Shown piece by piece: positions 39,492 to 48,576 of a DNA stretch of 64,000 nucleotides; positions within the stretch are counted from its first letter, which is position 1, and each line of letters opens with the position of its first letter. The stretch lies in assembly GCA_023257625.1 (NCBI GenBank), contig JALRBW010000004.1:57560-121559 (forward strand). The letters are read 5' to 3'. Under the pieces are notes generated by a model that saw only the letters and a list, made by a program, of their open reading frames with translations, did no database searches and was not told the DNA's origin. Both the position numbers and the translations under genes were made by a program. This stretch comes from Flavobacteriaceae bacterium. GTDB taxonomy: Bacteria > Bacteroidota > Bacteroidia > Flavobacteriales > Flavobacteriaceae.

Positions 39492-41183
39492 ATGGAAACA
39501 AATTACGATGCTATAGTGGTAGGCACTGGAGTTAGTGGTGGTTGGGCTGCTAAAGAGCTTTGTGAAAAAGGGCTAAAAACCTTAGTTCTAGAGCGCGGAA
39601 GAATGCTCAAACATGTGGAAGACTACAACACTATGAATGACGATCCTTGGGATTATAAACATGGAGATGTGATTACTCAAGAAATTCGTGAACAACAGCC
39701 TAAACAAAGTAGAACAGGGTATGTAAACTCTGAATCTACCAAACACTTATTCGTTAATGATTTAAAACATCCTTACAACGAAGAAAAACCTTTTAACTGG
39801 ATTCGTGGCTATCATGTTGGTGGACGCTCATTAACCTGGGGAAGACAGTCTTACCGTTTAACTGATTTTGATTTTGAAGCCAATTTAAAAGATGGTATCG
39901 CAGTTGATTGGCCCATTCGATATAAAGATTTAGCCCCTTGGTACCATTATGTAGAAGATCATATTGGTGTTAGTGGAGAAAATTTAGGGCTCCCACAATT
40001 TCCTGATGGAAATTATTTAAAACCTATGGAATTAAACTGTGCAGAAGATGTTTTAAAAGCTGCTGTAAATTCTAAATATACTGACCGAGTGGTTACCATT
40101 GGTCGGGTTGCTCACATTACTGAAGGGACAAAACCTGGTGCTGGTCGAAGCAATTGTCAATACCGTAATCTATGCCGAAGAGGATGTCCATTTGGTAGTT
40201 ATTTTAGCAGTAATTCATCAACTCTCCCTATGGCAGAGGCAACTGGAAACATGACATTACGGCCAAATTCAGTAGTACATGAAATTATGTATGATGCTGA
40301 AAAGAAAAGGGCTTCTGGTGTTCGTGTTATCGATGCTGAAACTAAAGAAGTTTATGAATTTTCTGCCAAAGTGATTTTCCTATGTGCATCAGCTATTGGA
40401 TCAACTTCCATTTTACTTCAATCTAAATCTGATCGCTTCCCTAATGGAATGGGAAATGATTCAGGCGAATTAGGTCACAATCTTATGGATCATCACTTTC
40501 AAGTAGGTGCTTCAGGATCTGTAGAAGGTTTTGAAGACAAATACTACACTGGTAGAAGACCCAACGGAATCTATATCCCTCGTTTTCGAAATATTGGAGG
40601 CGCTACAAATCAAAAAGATTTTATTAGAGGATACGGTTATCAAGGAGGTGGCGGCCGAGGAGGTTGGTCAGACAAAGTTGCTGAGTTAGGCTATGGTGCT
40701 GGATTTAAAGAAGCTATTACTGAACCCGGTAGTTGGTCTATCGGATTAACTGGTTTTGGAGAAGTTCTCCCTTATCATGAAAACAAAATTATGCTTGACT
40801 ACACTAAACTTGATGAGTGGGGTCTTCCAACAGTAACATTTGATGCTGAAATAAAAGAGAATGAACACAAAATGCGTATCGACATGGAGCAACAAGCAGC
40901 TGAAATGTTAGATATTGCAGGAGTAAAAAACATTAGAAGTTATAACCCCAACTATATTCTTGGAAATGGAATTCATGAAATGGGAACTGCTCGAATGGGT
41001 CATGATCCAAAAACATCAGTTCTTAATGGAAATAATCAACTTCATGCTGTTCCTAATGTATATGTTACAGATGGAGCTGCGATGACCTCAGCAGGGAATG
41101 TGAATCCTTCACTTACCTACATGGCATTAACTGCTAGAGCAGCCAATCATGCTGTTGAAGAATTGAAAAAAATGAACCTTTAA
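39492..41183 (+). CDS. GMC family FAD-dependent oxidoreductase (catalytic subunit)
   Basis: FAD motif YDAIVVGTGVSGGWAAKEL, a Cys cluster CQYRNLCRRGCPFG, and a C-terminal HEMGTARMG...NPSLT active-site region. No signal peptide of its own. Confidence 0.9.
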   Translation: METNYDAIVVGTGVSGGWAAKELCEKGLKTLVLERGRMLKHVEDYNTMNDDPWDYKHGDVITQEIREQQPKQSRTGYVNSESTKHLFVNDLKHPYNEEKPFNWIRGYHVGGRSLTWGRQSYRLTDFDFEANLKDGIAVDWPIRYKDLAPWYHYVEDHIGVSGENLGLPQFPDGNYLKPMELNCAEDVLKAAVNSKYTDRVVTIGRVAHITEGTKPGAGRSNCQYRNLCRRGCPFGSYFSSNSSTLPMAEATGNMTLRPNSVVHEIMYDAEKKRASGVRVIDAETKEVYEFSAKVIFLCASAIGSTSILLQSKSDRFPNGMGNDSGELGHNLMDHHFQVGASGSVEGFEDKYYTGRRPNGIYIPRFRNIGGATNQKDFIRGYGYQGGGGRGGWSDKVAELGYGAGFKEAITEPGSWSIGLTGFGEVLPYHENKIMLDYTKLDEWGLPTVTFDAEIKENEHKMRIDMEQQAAEMLDIAGVKNIRSYNPNYILGNGIHEMGTARMGHDPKTSVLNGNNQLHAVPNVYVTDGAAMTSAGNVNPSLTYMALTARAANHAVEELKKMNL

Positions 41184-41194
41184 TACCCGCAAAA

Positions 41195-41764
41195 ATGGAT
41201 AGAAGAAAAGCCTTACGAAATATTGGAACAGGAATTGGAGCAATTGCTGTAACACCAACCGTTATCAGCTTATTTCAAAGTTGCCAATCTGCAGCTACTT
41301 ATACCCCTGTATTTATACCAGCCAATGATTTTAATGCCATTGCTGATATTATGGAGTTAATAATTCCTGCTACTGATATTCCTGGAGCAAAAGAATTAAA
41401 ACTCCCGGAATTTACAGATGCCTATATTAATGCTGTATGGAATGCCCAACAAAAAGAAAGTTTTACTTCAAGTTGGGATGCATTTAAATCTGCTACGTTA
41501 ACCACCTCAGGAAAAAGTGACGCTAGTTCACTAAACAGTGCTGATTGGGATGCGCAATTAGCAAAATATTTAAAAGGAACTCCAGAAGAAACAGAAGAGG
41601 AAGCTGTGCGGTTTGCTACACAAATACGTAGCCTTGCAGTTAACGCATTTAAAACGAATGAATTTATTGGTGAAAATGTATTGGCTTACGCTCCAATTCC
41701 TGGAGAACAAAGAGGTTGTGTAGACTTAATGGAGACTACAGGAGGAAAAGCGTGGTCCTTATAA
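41195..41764 (+). CDS. Gluconate 2-dehydrogenase subunit 3 family protein (Tat-signal small subunit)
   Basis: Twin-arginine signal MDRRKALRNIGTGIGAIAV. 189 aa. Immediately follows the GMC gene. Confidence 0.85.
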   Translation: MDRRKALRNIGTGIGAIAVTPTVISLFQSCQSAATYTPVFIPANDFNAIADIMELIIPATDIPGAKELKLPEFTDAYINAVWNAQQKESFTSSWDAFKSATLTTSGKSDASSLNSADWDAQLAKYLKGTPEETEEEAVRFATQIRSLAVNAFKTNEFIGENVLAYAPIPGEQRGCVDLMETTGGKAWSL

Positions 41765-42238
41765 TGTTCTTAAATATTCACTGATCGCACGAGCTTCTTC
41801 TTGGGAAAGGTTCTGGTTGAGCATTTGAATATTATTGTATTCTTGAAGCAAGGCTTTAGCAATGGGGTCTTGCTTCAACATTTCTGTAGGATTTAAAAGT
41901 AAATTCATCACCCACTCTGGGCTTCTTCGATTATAAACTCCGCTCATTGCGGGCCCAATAAGCTTACGATCTGGCATATGACATGCTGTACATTTTTGCT
42001 TAAAAGCATTTTCACCTATGGCTGCCATTTGCAAATCAATCGAATCTCCAAAATCAACATTACTTATGGGCCCAATTCCTTTGTTATTTAAATCAACCGG
42101 AACTGCAGTATTATTTGTTGTAGAAGTTTGTTTCTCTTCCTTTTGTGTTCGATTGTATTCAAACTCTTTTTTCTTTTCTTCGGAGGAACCACAATTAATA
42201 AATAGCATTATTCCAAAGACAGCCAGTATATTTTTCAT
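41759..42238 (-). CDS. Mono-haem c-type cytochrome, lipoprotein
   Basis: Single CTACH haem-binding motif and lipobox FINCGS. Start moved to MKNILAVFG. Convergent with, and overlapping by 6 nt, the small-subunit gene. Confidence 0.85.
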   Translation of the reverse strand: MKNILAVFGIMLFINCGSSEEKKKEFEYNRTQKEEKQTSTTNNTAVPVDLNNKGIGPISNVDFGDSIDLQMAAIGENAFKQKCTACHMPDRKLIGPAMSGVYNRRSPEWVMNLLLNPTEMLKQDPIAKALLQEYNNIQMLNQNLSQEEARAISEYLRTL

Positions 42239-42293
42239 GAAAATAAATTTCCTCAAAAATAGAAAAAGAATAGTTTTATAGAAAATTGAGTAC

Positions 42294-42785
42294 ATGTTTT
42301 TAAAAGAATTCGAAATTCGCTGGAATGATCTTGATGCAAATCGTCATTTAGCCAATATTTCATATTTGAGTTATGCCAGTGATACTCGTATGGCTTTTTT
42401 AAATCACCTTGGAATTTCTCATAAAAAATTAAAGGAATGGGCAATAGGTCCTGTCGTTTTTAATGAGCAATTATTTTATTTTAAAGAAGTGCTTCCTGAC
42501 CAAAGGATACGTGTTTCTTTTGAGCTTAAGGGTATGAGTGAAGACGGTAAATTTTTTCAATTCGAACATAATTATTTTGATCCTGAAGGAAATAACCTCG
42601 CTCGTTGTGAAATGATGGGGGGTTGGATGGATCTAATAAACCGAAAATTATGTACTCTCCCCTCAACTGTTTTGGCCCTTTTTAAAAATGCAACCCCAAT
42701 TGATTCTTATATCCTTTTACAACCTGATGACACCCGTAAAGCCAGTAGAATTCCAATTCCGTTAGATCAAAAACTAAAACAATGA
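42294..42785 (+). CDS. Acyl-CoA thioesterase (hotdog fold, 4HBT-like)
   Basis: N-terminus FEIRWNDLDANRHLANISY is typical of the YbgC/4HBT-type thioesterase family. Confidence 0.75.
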   Translation: MFLKEFEIRWNDLDANRHLANISYLSYASDTRMAFLNHLGISHKKLKEWAIGPVVFNEQLFYFKEVLPDQRIRVSFELKGMSEDGKFFQFEHNYFDPEGNNLARCEMMGGWMDLINRKLCTLPSTVLALFKNATPIDSYILLQPDDTRKASRIPIPLDQKLKQ

Positions 42786-44071
42786 AGCCACACATTTATT
42801 TACCCATAACTCTATTATTACTTACCTTCCATATTTCAAGTGCTCAAGAATCTTTACCAATCGATAAAAAAAGTGAACGAGTGGTTCAAAAGTTGCTTAA
42901 AAACAAACAGTTACAATCTGCCTTTGAAACCATTGTTCAATTAGAAGGTAAAACTCAAGAACGTCTTATTGAACTTACAGAAATTGAAGCTCCTCCATTC
43001 AAAGAAGAAAAAAGAGCAAAACGATTTGCTGACTATTTCACAACATTAGGTTTAGATTCCGTTTGGATTGATGAGGTGGGAAATGTTTTAGGCCTAATGA
43101 AAGGAACTGAGGGGAATAAAACTGTTGCTCTTGATGCGCATTTAGACACCGTTTTTCGTGAAGGCACAGAAGTAACCGTTCGTATTAAAAACGATACTCT
43201 TTTTGCTCCCGGAATTGGTGATGATACAAGAGGATTGAGCATGGTATTAACCCTTATTGAATCTATACGTCAAAATTCCATTCGCCCAAAAGACCATATT
43301 TTGTTTGTCGGTTCAGTGGGTGAAGAAGGATTAGGTGATTTAAGAGGAGTTAAGCATTTGTTTCGAGAAGGGGGTCCGAAAATAGACAGTTGGATCTCAA
43401 TTGATGGTGGAGCCATTGGAAGAATTAACAATAAAGGGCTTGGCTCTTATCGTTACCGTGTTACTTTTAATGGCCCTGGTGGCCATTCGTGGGGTGCTTT
43501 TGGATTAGCCAATCCACACCATGCATTAGGTGAAGCTATATATAATTTTGTAAATGCTGCAGATCAATATACTGCAGATGGTCCTAAAACAAGTTATAAT
43601 GTTGGTGTGCTATCAGGAGGGACTTCTATAAATTCAATTCCCTTTGAATCGATTATGGAAATTGATATCCGTTCAATTGAACCCTCACGATTAGATGCCA
43701 TGGAAAGTCTTTTAAATGAAGCTGTTTCTAATGCACTTTTACATCAAAATGAAATAAAACGACAAGGCCCTGATTTAACTTTTCGTATCGATAAAATTGG
43801 AAATCGTCCTTCAGGAGAACTTTCAGAAGATCTGCCATTAATACAAAAAACCCTTGCAGCAACAACACTTTTTGGAGCTACTCCTTATTTAACAAGAGGA
43901 TCTACCAATTCCAATATTCCCATTTCAAAAGGAATTCCAGCAGTAACTATTGGACGGGGTGGAGATGGAGGTAATGCCCATGCATTAGATGAATGGTGGA
44001 TAAACAAGAAGGGGTATAAAGCCATCCAATTAGCATTATTAATTCTTTTAGCAGAAAGTGGAATTGAATAA
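42782..44071 (+). CDS. M20 family metallopeptidase, secreted
   Basis: Signal peptide. Metal-binding motifs LDAHLDTV, GIGDDTRG and GEEGLGDLRG. Confidence 0.85.
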   Translation: MKPHIYLPITLLLLTFHISSAQESLPIDKKSERVVQKLLKNKQLQSAFETIVQLEGKTQERLIELTEIEAPPFKEEKRAKRFADYFTTLGLDSVWIDEVGNVLGLMKGTEGNKTVALDAHLDTVFREGTEVTVRIKNDTLFAPGIGDDTRGLSMVLTLIESIRQNSIRPKDHILFVGSVGEEGLGDLRGVKHLFREGGPKIDSWISIDGGAIGRINNKGLGSYRYRVTFNGPGGHSWGAFGLANPHHALGEAIYNFVNAADQYTADGPKTSYNVGVLSGGTSINSIPFESIMEIDIRSIEPSRLDAMESLLNEAVSNALLHQNEIKRQGPDLTFRIDKIGNRPSGELSEDLPLIQKTLAATTLFGATPYLTRGSTNSNIPISKGIPAVTIGRGGDGGNAHALDEWWINKKGYKAIQLALLILLAESGIE

Positions 44072-44074
44072 AGG

Positions 44075-44980
44075 CTAAGACTTAATCTGTTTTACTTTTA
44101 TTTTTTGGGAAACTAAATAAACTCCTAAGAAAACAAGAATACAAGCCATGATTTTAATACCATCTAATCTATCATTCCCAGTAATTATAGCATACAAAAT
44201 GGTTATAAGTGGTTGTAAATAAGTAAAAGCACCTATAGTAGTAGCTGGTAAGGTTTTAAGTGCATATACATTAAGTAAATAGGTAAGAAAAGTGGTTCCT
44301 ATAATTACAAATCCCATACGCCAAATCGCATCAAATGGAAGAGCTTGCCATTCAACTGCCCTAAATTCAGACAGTGTTACTGGAAAAGTCAAAAATACCC
44401 CTAACAAAAACATCCATTTCATCAATGTGATCGTACTGTATTTTGAAGTAAGAGGTTTTACCAAAACAAGATATGAACCATAACAAGTTGAATTAATTAA
44501 CATCATTATATTTCCAAGTCGAACGTTAGGAGCATTTTGAACTTGTAATGTATTCCCATACAATACCAATAATAATGCTCCGATAAAACCTAAGGTAATT
44601 CCAATGTATTTTTTATTTGTCATTTTTTCTCTTAAAAAAATGGCAGATAATATTAAGATGAAGATTGGCGTAAGGGTTACCATTACACCGCTATTTATAG
44701 GGGTTGAGAGTTGTAGTCCTTTAAAAAACATCAACATATTGATACACATTCCCAAAAGAGCAGCAAAAAATATACGCGGATAATCTTTTTTGTCAATACG
44801 CTCTTTTGGTCTCCAAATACTAATCCCCCAAAACAAAAGTGTCGCTCCCACCACGCGTAACATAATAAACCCGTAAGCACCTATATAGTGAGGCATTACT
44901 TCTTTTGCAACAGTATGGTTAATTCCATAGATGGAAGTGGCTGTAAACGCAGCAAGTAAGGCAAGTAACCTATTATTCAT
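44075..44980 (-). CDS. DMT superfamily (EamA-like) transporter
   Basis: Ten hydrophobic helices with two EamA-like halves. Start placed at MNNRLLALLAAF. Confidence 0.8.
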   Translation of the reverse strand: MNNRLLALLAAFTATSIYGINHTVAKEVMPHYIGAYGFIMLRVVGATLLFWGISIWRPKERIDKKDYPRIFFAALLGMCINMLMFFKGLQLSTPINSGVMVTLTPIFILILSAIFLREKMTNKKYIGITLGFIGALLLVLYGNTLQVQNAPNVRLGNIMMLINSTCYGSYLVLVKPLTSKYSTITLMKWMFLLGVFLTFPVTLSEFRAVEWQALPFDAIWRMGFVIIGTTFLTYLLNVYALKTLPATTIGAFTYLQPLITILYAIITGNDRLDGIKIMACILVFLGVYLVSQKIKVKQIKS

Positions 44981-45326
44981 GTAAAAAAGCTTTAGCTTTA
45001 GCAATTACATTAGCTGTATTACCAATAAATAGATTGGTTTCACAAAATAAAATAGGTCGCTTTAAAAAGGTGTAATGTTCTAAAAGTAACTTTTTATAAT
45101 CAGATTCTGTAAGGTTCTTTTCTTTGAGTTTTCTTTGTGAATAAAGCTGCGCACGCTTACTAAATAATGCTTCATAACTTCCTGAATTGGCTTTTAATAG
45201 CTCTAATTGTAGCGTAGTCAAAGGTTGTGTTTTAATATCTATTTCAATTACGTTTTCTGGTAAATTCAATTCTTTTCAAATTCGCTGACAAGTGTCGCAG
45301 GTTTCAAGAAAGTAAAAAACACACAT
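44973..45326 (-). pseudogene. ArsC/Spx-family (thioredoxin-fold) gene with an in-frame TGA
   Basis: ATG 45326-45324 opens MCVFYFLETCDTCQRI, then TGA at 45278-45276. The same frame continues KE(L)NLPENVIEIDIK...HYTFLKRPILF, which is the 98-aa track ORF. Confidence 0.7.
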
Positions 45327-45420
45327 GTAGTAAGCTTTGAGTACAAAGAAAATCATTTTCTTTAAAAACAGCTGAATTCCTGAAAATCAAATACCTTTAT
45401 ACCGCCCAAAGTCAGCTTTT

Positions 45421-46581
45421 ATGAAGTTAAAACTCCACTTTAATAGCAAAACCATTCACGGGGGACAAACTCCAGACAAAGCCTATGGAGCTGTGATGCC
45501 TCCCATTTACCAAACCTCTACTTATGCACAGAAGTCACCAGGAGTTCATTTGGGATATGAATATAGCAGAACCCACAATCCAACACGACATGCATTAGAA
45601 AAATCATTGGCAAGTATTGAATCTGGAACTTATGGCTTTGCGTTTGGGTCAGGGTTAGCCGCCATTGATGCTGTATTAAAACTTTTAAATCCAGGAGATG
45701 AGATTATATCAACCCATGATTTATATGGAGGGTCTTATCGATTATTTACTAAAATTTTTGAAGGCTTTGGTCTTTTTTTTCATTTTGTTGATCTGCAAAA
45801 CTCAGAGGCCATTTTGGAAAAAATTAATTCAAAAACAAAAATGGTTTGGTTGGAGACTCCAACAAATCCAATGATGAATGTTATTGATATTCAATCGGTA
45901 GCTAAAATTTGTAAAGCACATTCTATTTATTTAGCTGTTGACAATACGTTTGCCTCTCCTTACCTTCAGCAACCCTTACATTTAGGTGCTGATATAGTTA
46001 TGCATTCTGCAACCAAATACTTAGCAGGCCATTCTGATGTTATTTTAGGGGCGCTAGTGACTTCAAGCCCTTTGATAGCAGAACGTTTGGCTTTTATTCA
46101 AAATGCTTCAGGGGCGATTCCTGGCCCAATGGATTGTTTTTTGACTTTACGAGGAATAAAAACATTACATGTTCGTATGCAACGCCATTGCGAGAATACA
46201 ACCCAAATTGCACATTTTTTAAAAGCTCATAAAAAAATAGAAAAAGTCTATTGGCCGGGATTTGAAGAGCATCCTAATCATAAAGTGGCCGCTTCACAAA
46301 TGAAAGATTTTGGAGGAATGCTCTCATTCGTTCCAAAAGGAGCCCACTTTAAGGAAGCCCTCCAAATTGTTGAACAATTACAACTTTTTACTTTGGCAGA
46401 ATCACTTGGTGGGGTAGAAAGTCTTGCAGGACATCCTGCTAGTATGACACATGGCTCAATTCCAAAAGAGCATAGAGAAAAAAATGGAGTGGTTGATGCT
46501 TTGATTCGCTTAAGCGTTGGAATAGAAGATGTACGTGATTTATTAGATGATTTAGATCAAGCCCTAGGTACTTTAAAATGA
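45421..46581 (+). CDS. Cys/Met-metabolism PLP-dependent enzyme (cystathionine gamma-synthase/beta-lyase type)
   Basis: YSRTHNPT and PLP-lysine motif SATKYLAGHSD. 386 aa. Confidence 0.88.
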   Translation: MKLKLHFNSKTIHGGQTPDKAYGAVMPPIYQTSTYAQKSPGVHLGYEYSRTHNPTRHALEKSLASIESGTYGFAFGSGLAAIDAVLKLLNPGDEIISTHDLYGGSYRLFTKIFEGFGLFFHFVDLQNSEAILEKINSKTKMVWLETPTNPMMNVIDIQSVAKICKAHSIYLAVDNTFASPYLQQPLHLGADIVMHSATKYLAGHSDVILGALVTSSPLIAERLAFIQNASGAIPGPMDCFLTLRGIKTLHVRMQRHCENTTQIAHFLKAHKKIEKVYWPGFEEHPNHKVAASQMKDFGGMLSFVPKGAHFKEALQIVEQLQLFTLAESLGGVESLAGHPASMTHGSIPKEHREKNGVVDALIRLSVGIEDVRDLLDDLDQALGTLK

Positions 46582-47339
46582 TATTCCCTTCAAATAAAAA
46601 AATATATTTTGCCTCCGATCATCATTTTGGAGCTCCCGATTCTCGTTCAAGTAAACTTCGGGAAGCCTCTTTTTTAGATTGGATGAATAAAATAGAACCT
46701 CATGCTTCACACCTCTTTTTGGTAGGAGATTTATTTGATTTTTGGTTTGAATACGAAAAGGTAGTGCCAAAGGGATTTATTCGAGTACTCGGAAAAATAG
46801 CACACTTTGTAGATCTAGGAATTAAAGTTCATTATTTCATCGGAAATCACGATTTATGGATGAAAGATTATTTTGAAATTGAAATTGGAGCTAAAGTACA
46901 CCATAACCCTTGTGATTTTACTTTTGGTCAAACCACTTTTTTTATTGGTCATGGTGATGGTTTAGGCCCAAATGACATCGGATATAAAAGAATGAAAAAA
47001 GTGTTTACAAATCCTTTAGCAAAACGATTATTTCAAGGGCTTCATCCTGATATTGGAATGCGATTAGGACTTTATTTTTCAAAACAAAATAAATTGCTTT
47101 CTGGAAATCAAGACACTCATTTTTTGGGGAATGATAAAGAATGGCTTGTTCAGTATGCACACCGTAAATTAGCCCAAAAACATCGTGATTATTTTATTTT
47201 TGGTCACCGTCACTTACCTCTAGAAATTGATCTAACTCCTACATCAAAATACATCAATTTGGGCGACTGGATAACCCATTTTACCTATGCAGAATTTGAT
47301 GGTACTCGTATTGATTTAAAAGAATGGAAGTCTAAATGA
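46578..47339 (+). CDS. lpxH: UDP-2,3-diacylglucosamine diphosphatase
   Basis: Metallophosphoesterase motifs SDHHFG, GDLFDFW, GNHD and GHRH. ATGA overlap with the upstream gene. Confidence 0.88.
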   Translation: MIFPSNKKIYFASDHHFGAPDSRSSKLREASFLDWMNKIEPHASHLFLVGDLFDFWFEYEKVVPKGFIRVLGKIAHFVDLGIKVHYFIGNHDLWMKDYFEIEIGAKVHHNPCDFTFGQTTFFIGHGDGLGPNDIGYKRMKKVFTNPLAKRLFQGLHPDIGMRLGLYFSKQNKLLSGNQDTHFLGNDKEWLVQYAHRKLAQKHRDYFIFGHRHLPLEIDLTPTSKYINLGDWITHFTYAEFDGTRIDLKEWKSK

Positions 47340-48544
47340 TAGAAGAAAAATCACTTGAGGTTGAAAAAACGGTTTTGGTAGGAATTATCAATTCCCAACA
47401 AGATGCTGAAAAATCAAAAGAGTATTTAGATGAACTTGCCTTTTTAGCCTATACCGCTGGAGGTGAAGTTTTACAACGATTTACTCAAAAAATTGAACTT
47501 CCCAACCCTAAAACATTTATTGGGACAGGAAAAATTGAAGAGTTAGCTACTTACGTTCATGAAAATGATATTTCTACCGTAATTTTTGATGATGAATTAA
47601 CCCCCGCTCAACAAGGAAATATTGAAAAAATGCTCAAAATTAAAGTGCTTGATCGGACAGGTCTTATACTGGATATTTTTGCTCAACGGGCACAAACTAG
47701 TTACGCACGTACCCAAGTTGAATTAGCCCAATACGAATATTTACTGCCCAGACTCAAGGGCCTTTGGACTCACTTAGAACGTCAACGAGGGGGAATTGGA
47801 ATGCGAGGACCTGGAGAAACAGAAATAGAAACTGACCGGCGAATTGTACGAGACAAAATTTCTTTACTCAAGAAAAAACTTGTCATTATTGACAAACAAA
47901 TGGCTACTCAGCGCGGAAACCGAGGTTCTTTAGTTCGTGTGGCTTTGGTGGGGTACACCAACGTAGGTAAATCTACTTTGATGAATGTCATTTCCAAAAG
48001 CAATGTCTTTGCAGAAAATAAATTATTTGCTACCCTAGATACAACAGTTCGAAAAGTAGTTATCGGTAACCTCCCCTTTTTATTAAGTGATACCGTTGGT
48101 TTTATTCGTAAACTCCCCACACAACTAGTTGAATCCTTTAAAAGCACATTAGACGAAGTACAAGAAGCTGATTTGCTCCTTCATATTGTGGATATATCTC
48201 ATCCTAATTTTGAAGACCATATAGACTCTGTAAATCTAATTTTAAAAGAAATTAAAAGTCTAGATAAACCCACTCTTATGGTATTTAATAAAATTGATGC
48301 CTACACCGCAGAACCTTGGGACGATAACGAATTAATTCAGGAACGTTCATCTCGCCATTATTCTATGAAAGAATGGGAACAAACCTGGTTGCATAAAGCC
48401 AATGGACAAGCCTTATTTATTTCCGCTTTAAATAAACAAAATTTAGAGGACTTTCGAAAACGCGTATACCATGAGATAAGAAGTATCCATATAACACGTT
48501 TTCCATACAATCATTTTCTTTATCCAGAAGGACTTGAAGCCTAA
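47336..48544 (+). CDS. hflX: GTPase HflX
   Basis: HflX N-domain, G1 GYTNVGKST, G3 DTVGF, G4 NKID. Confidence 0.93.
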   Translation: MIEEKSLEVEKTVLVGIINSQQDAEKSKEYLDELAFLAYTAGGEVLQRFTQKIELPNPKTFIGTGKIEELATYVHENDISTVIFDDELTPAQQGNIEKMLKIKVLDRTGLILDIFAQRAQTSYARTQVELAQYEYLLPRLKGLWTHLERQRGGIGMRGPGETEIETDRRIVRDKISLLKKKLVIIDKQMATQRGNRGSLVRVALVGYTNVGKSTLMNVISKSNVFAENKLFATLDTTVRKVVIGNLPFLLSDTVGFIRKLPTQLVESFKSTLDEVQEADLLLHIVDISHPNFEDHIDSVNLILKEIKSLDKPTLMVFNKIDAYTAEPWDDNELIQERSSRHYSMKEWEQTWLHKANGQALFISALNKQNLEDFRKRVYHEIRSIHITRFPYNHFLYPEGLEA

Positions 48545-48576
48545 ACTATCATTTTAATACCTTTACTGAAAAAAGC

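Noticed and set aside
42253-42444. 63-aa minus-strand ORF across the cytochrome c / thioesterase intergenic region
   Set aside because: It overlaps the 5' end of the thioesterase gene antisense, with no motifs.
45276-45278. TGA as selenocysteine or as a sense codon (alternative genetic code)
   Set aside because: TGA clearly terminates other genes here (3841-3843; reverse-strand stops at 6695-6697 and 36003-36005). The TGA is not at a CxxC cysteine position, and I see no stem-loop resembling a bacterial SECIS directly downstream.
46573-46770. 65-aa minus-strand ORF overlapping the lpxH 5' end
   Set aside because: It is antisense to the conserved metallophosphoesterase motifs (SDHHFG, GDLFDFW) of lpxH.
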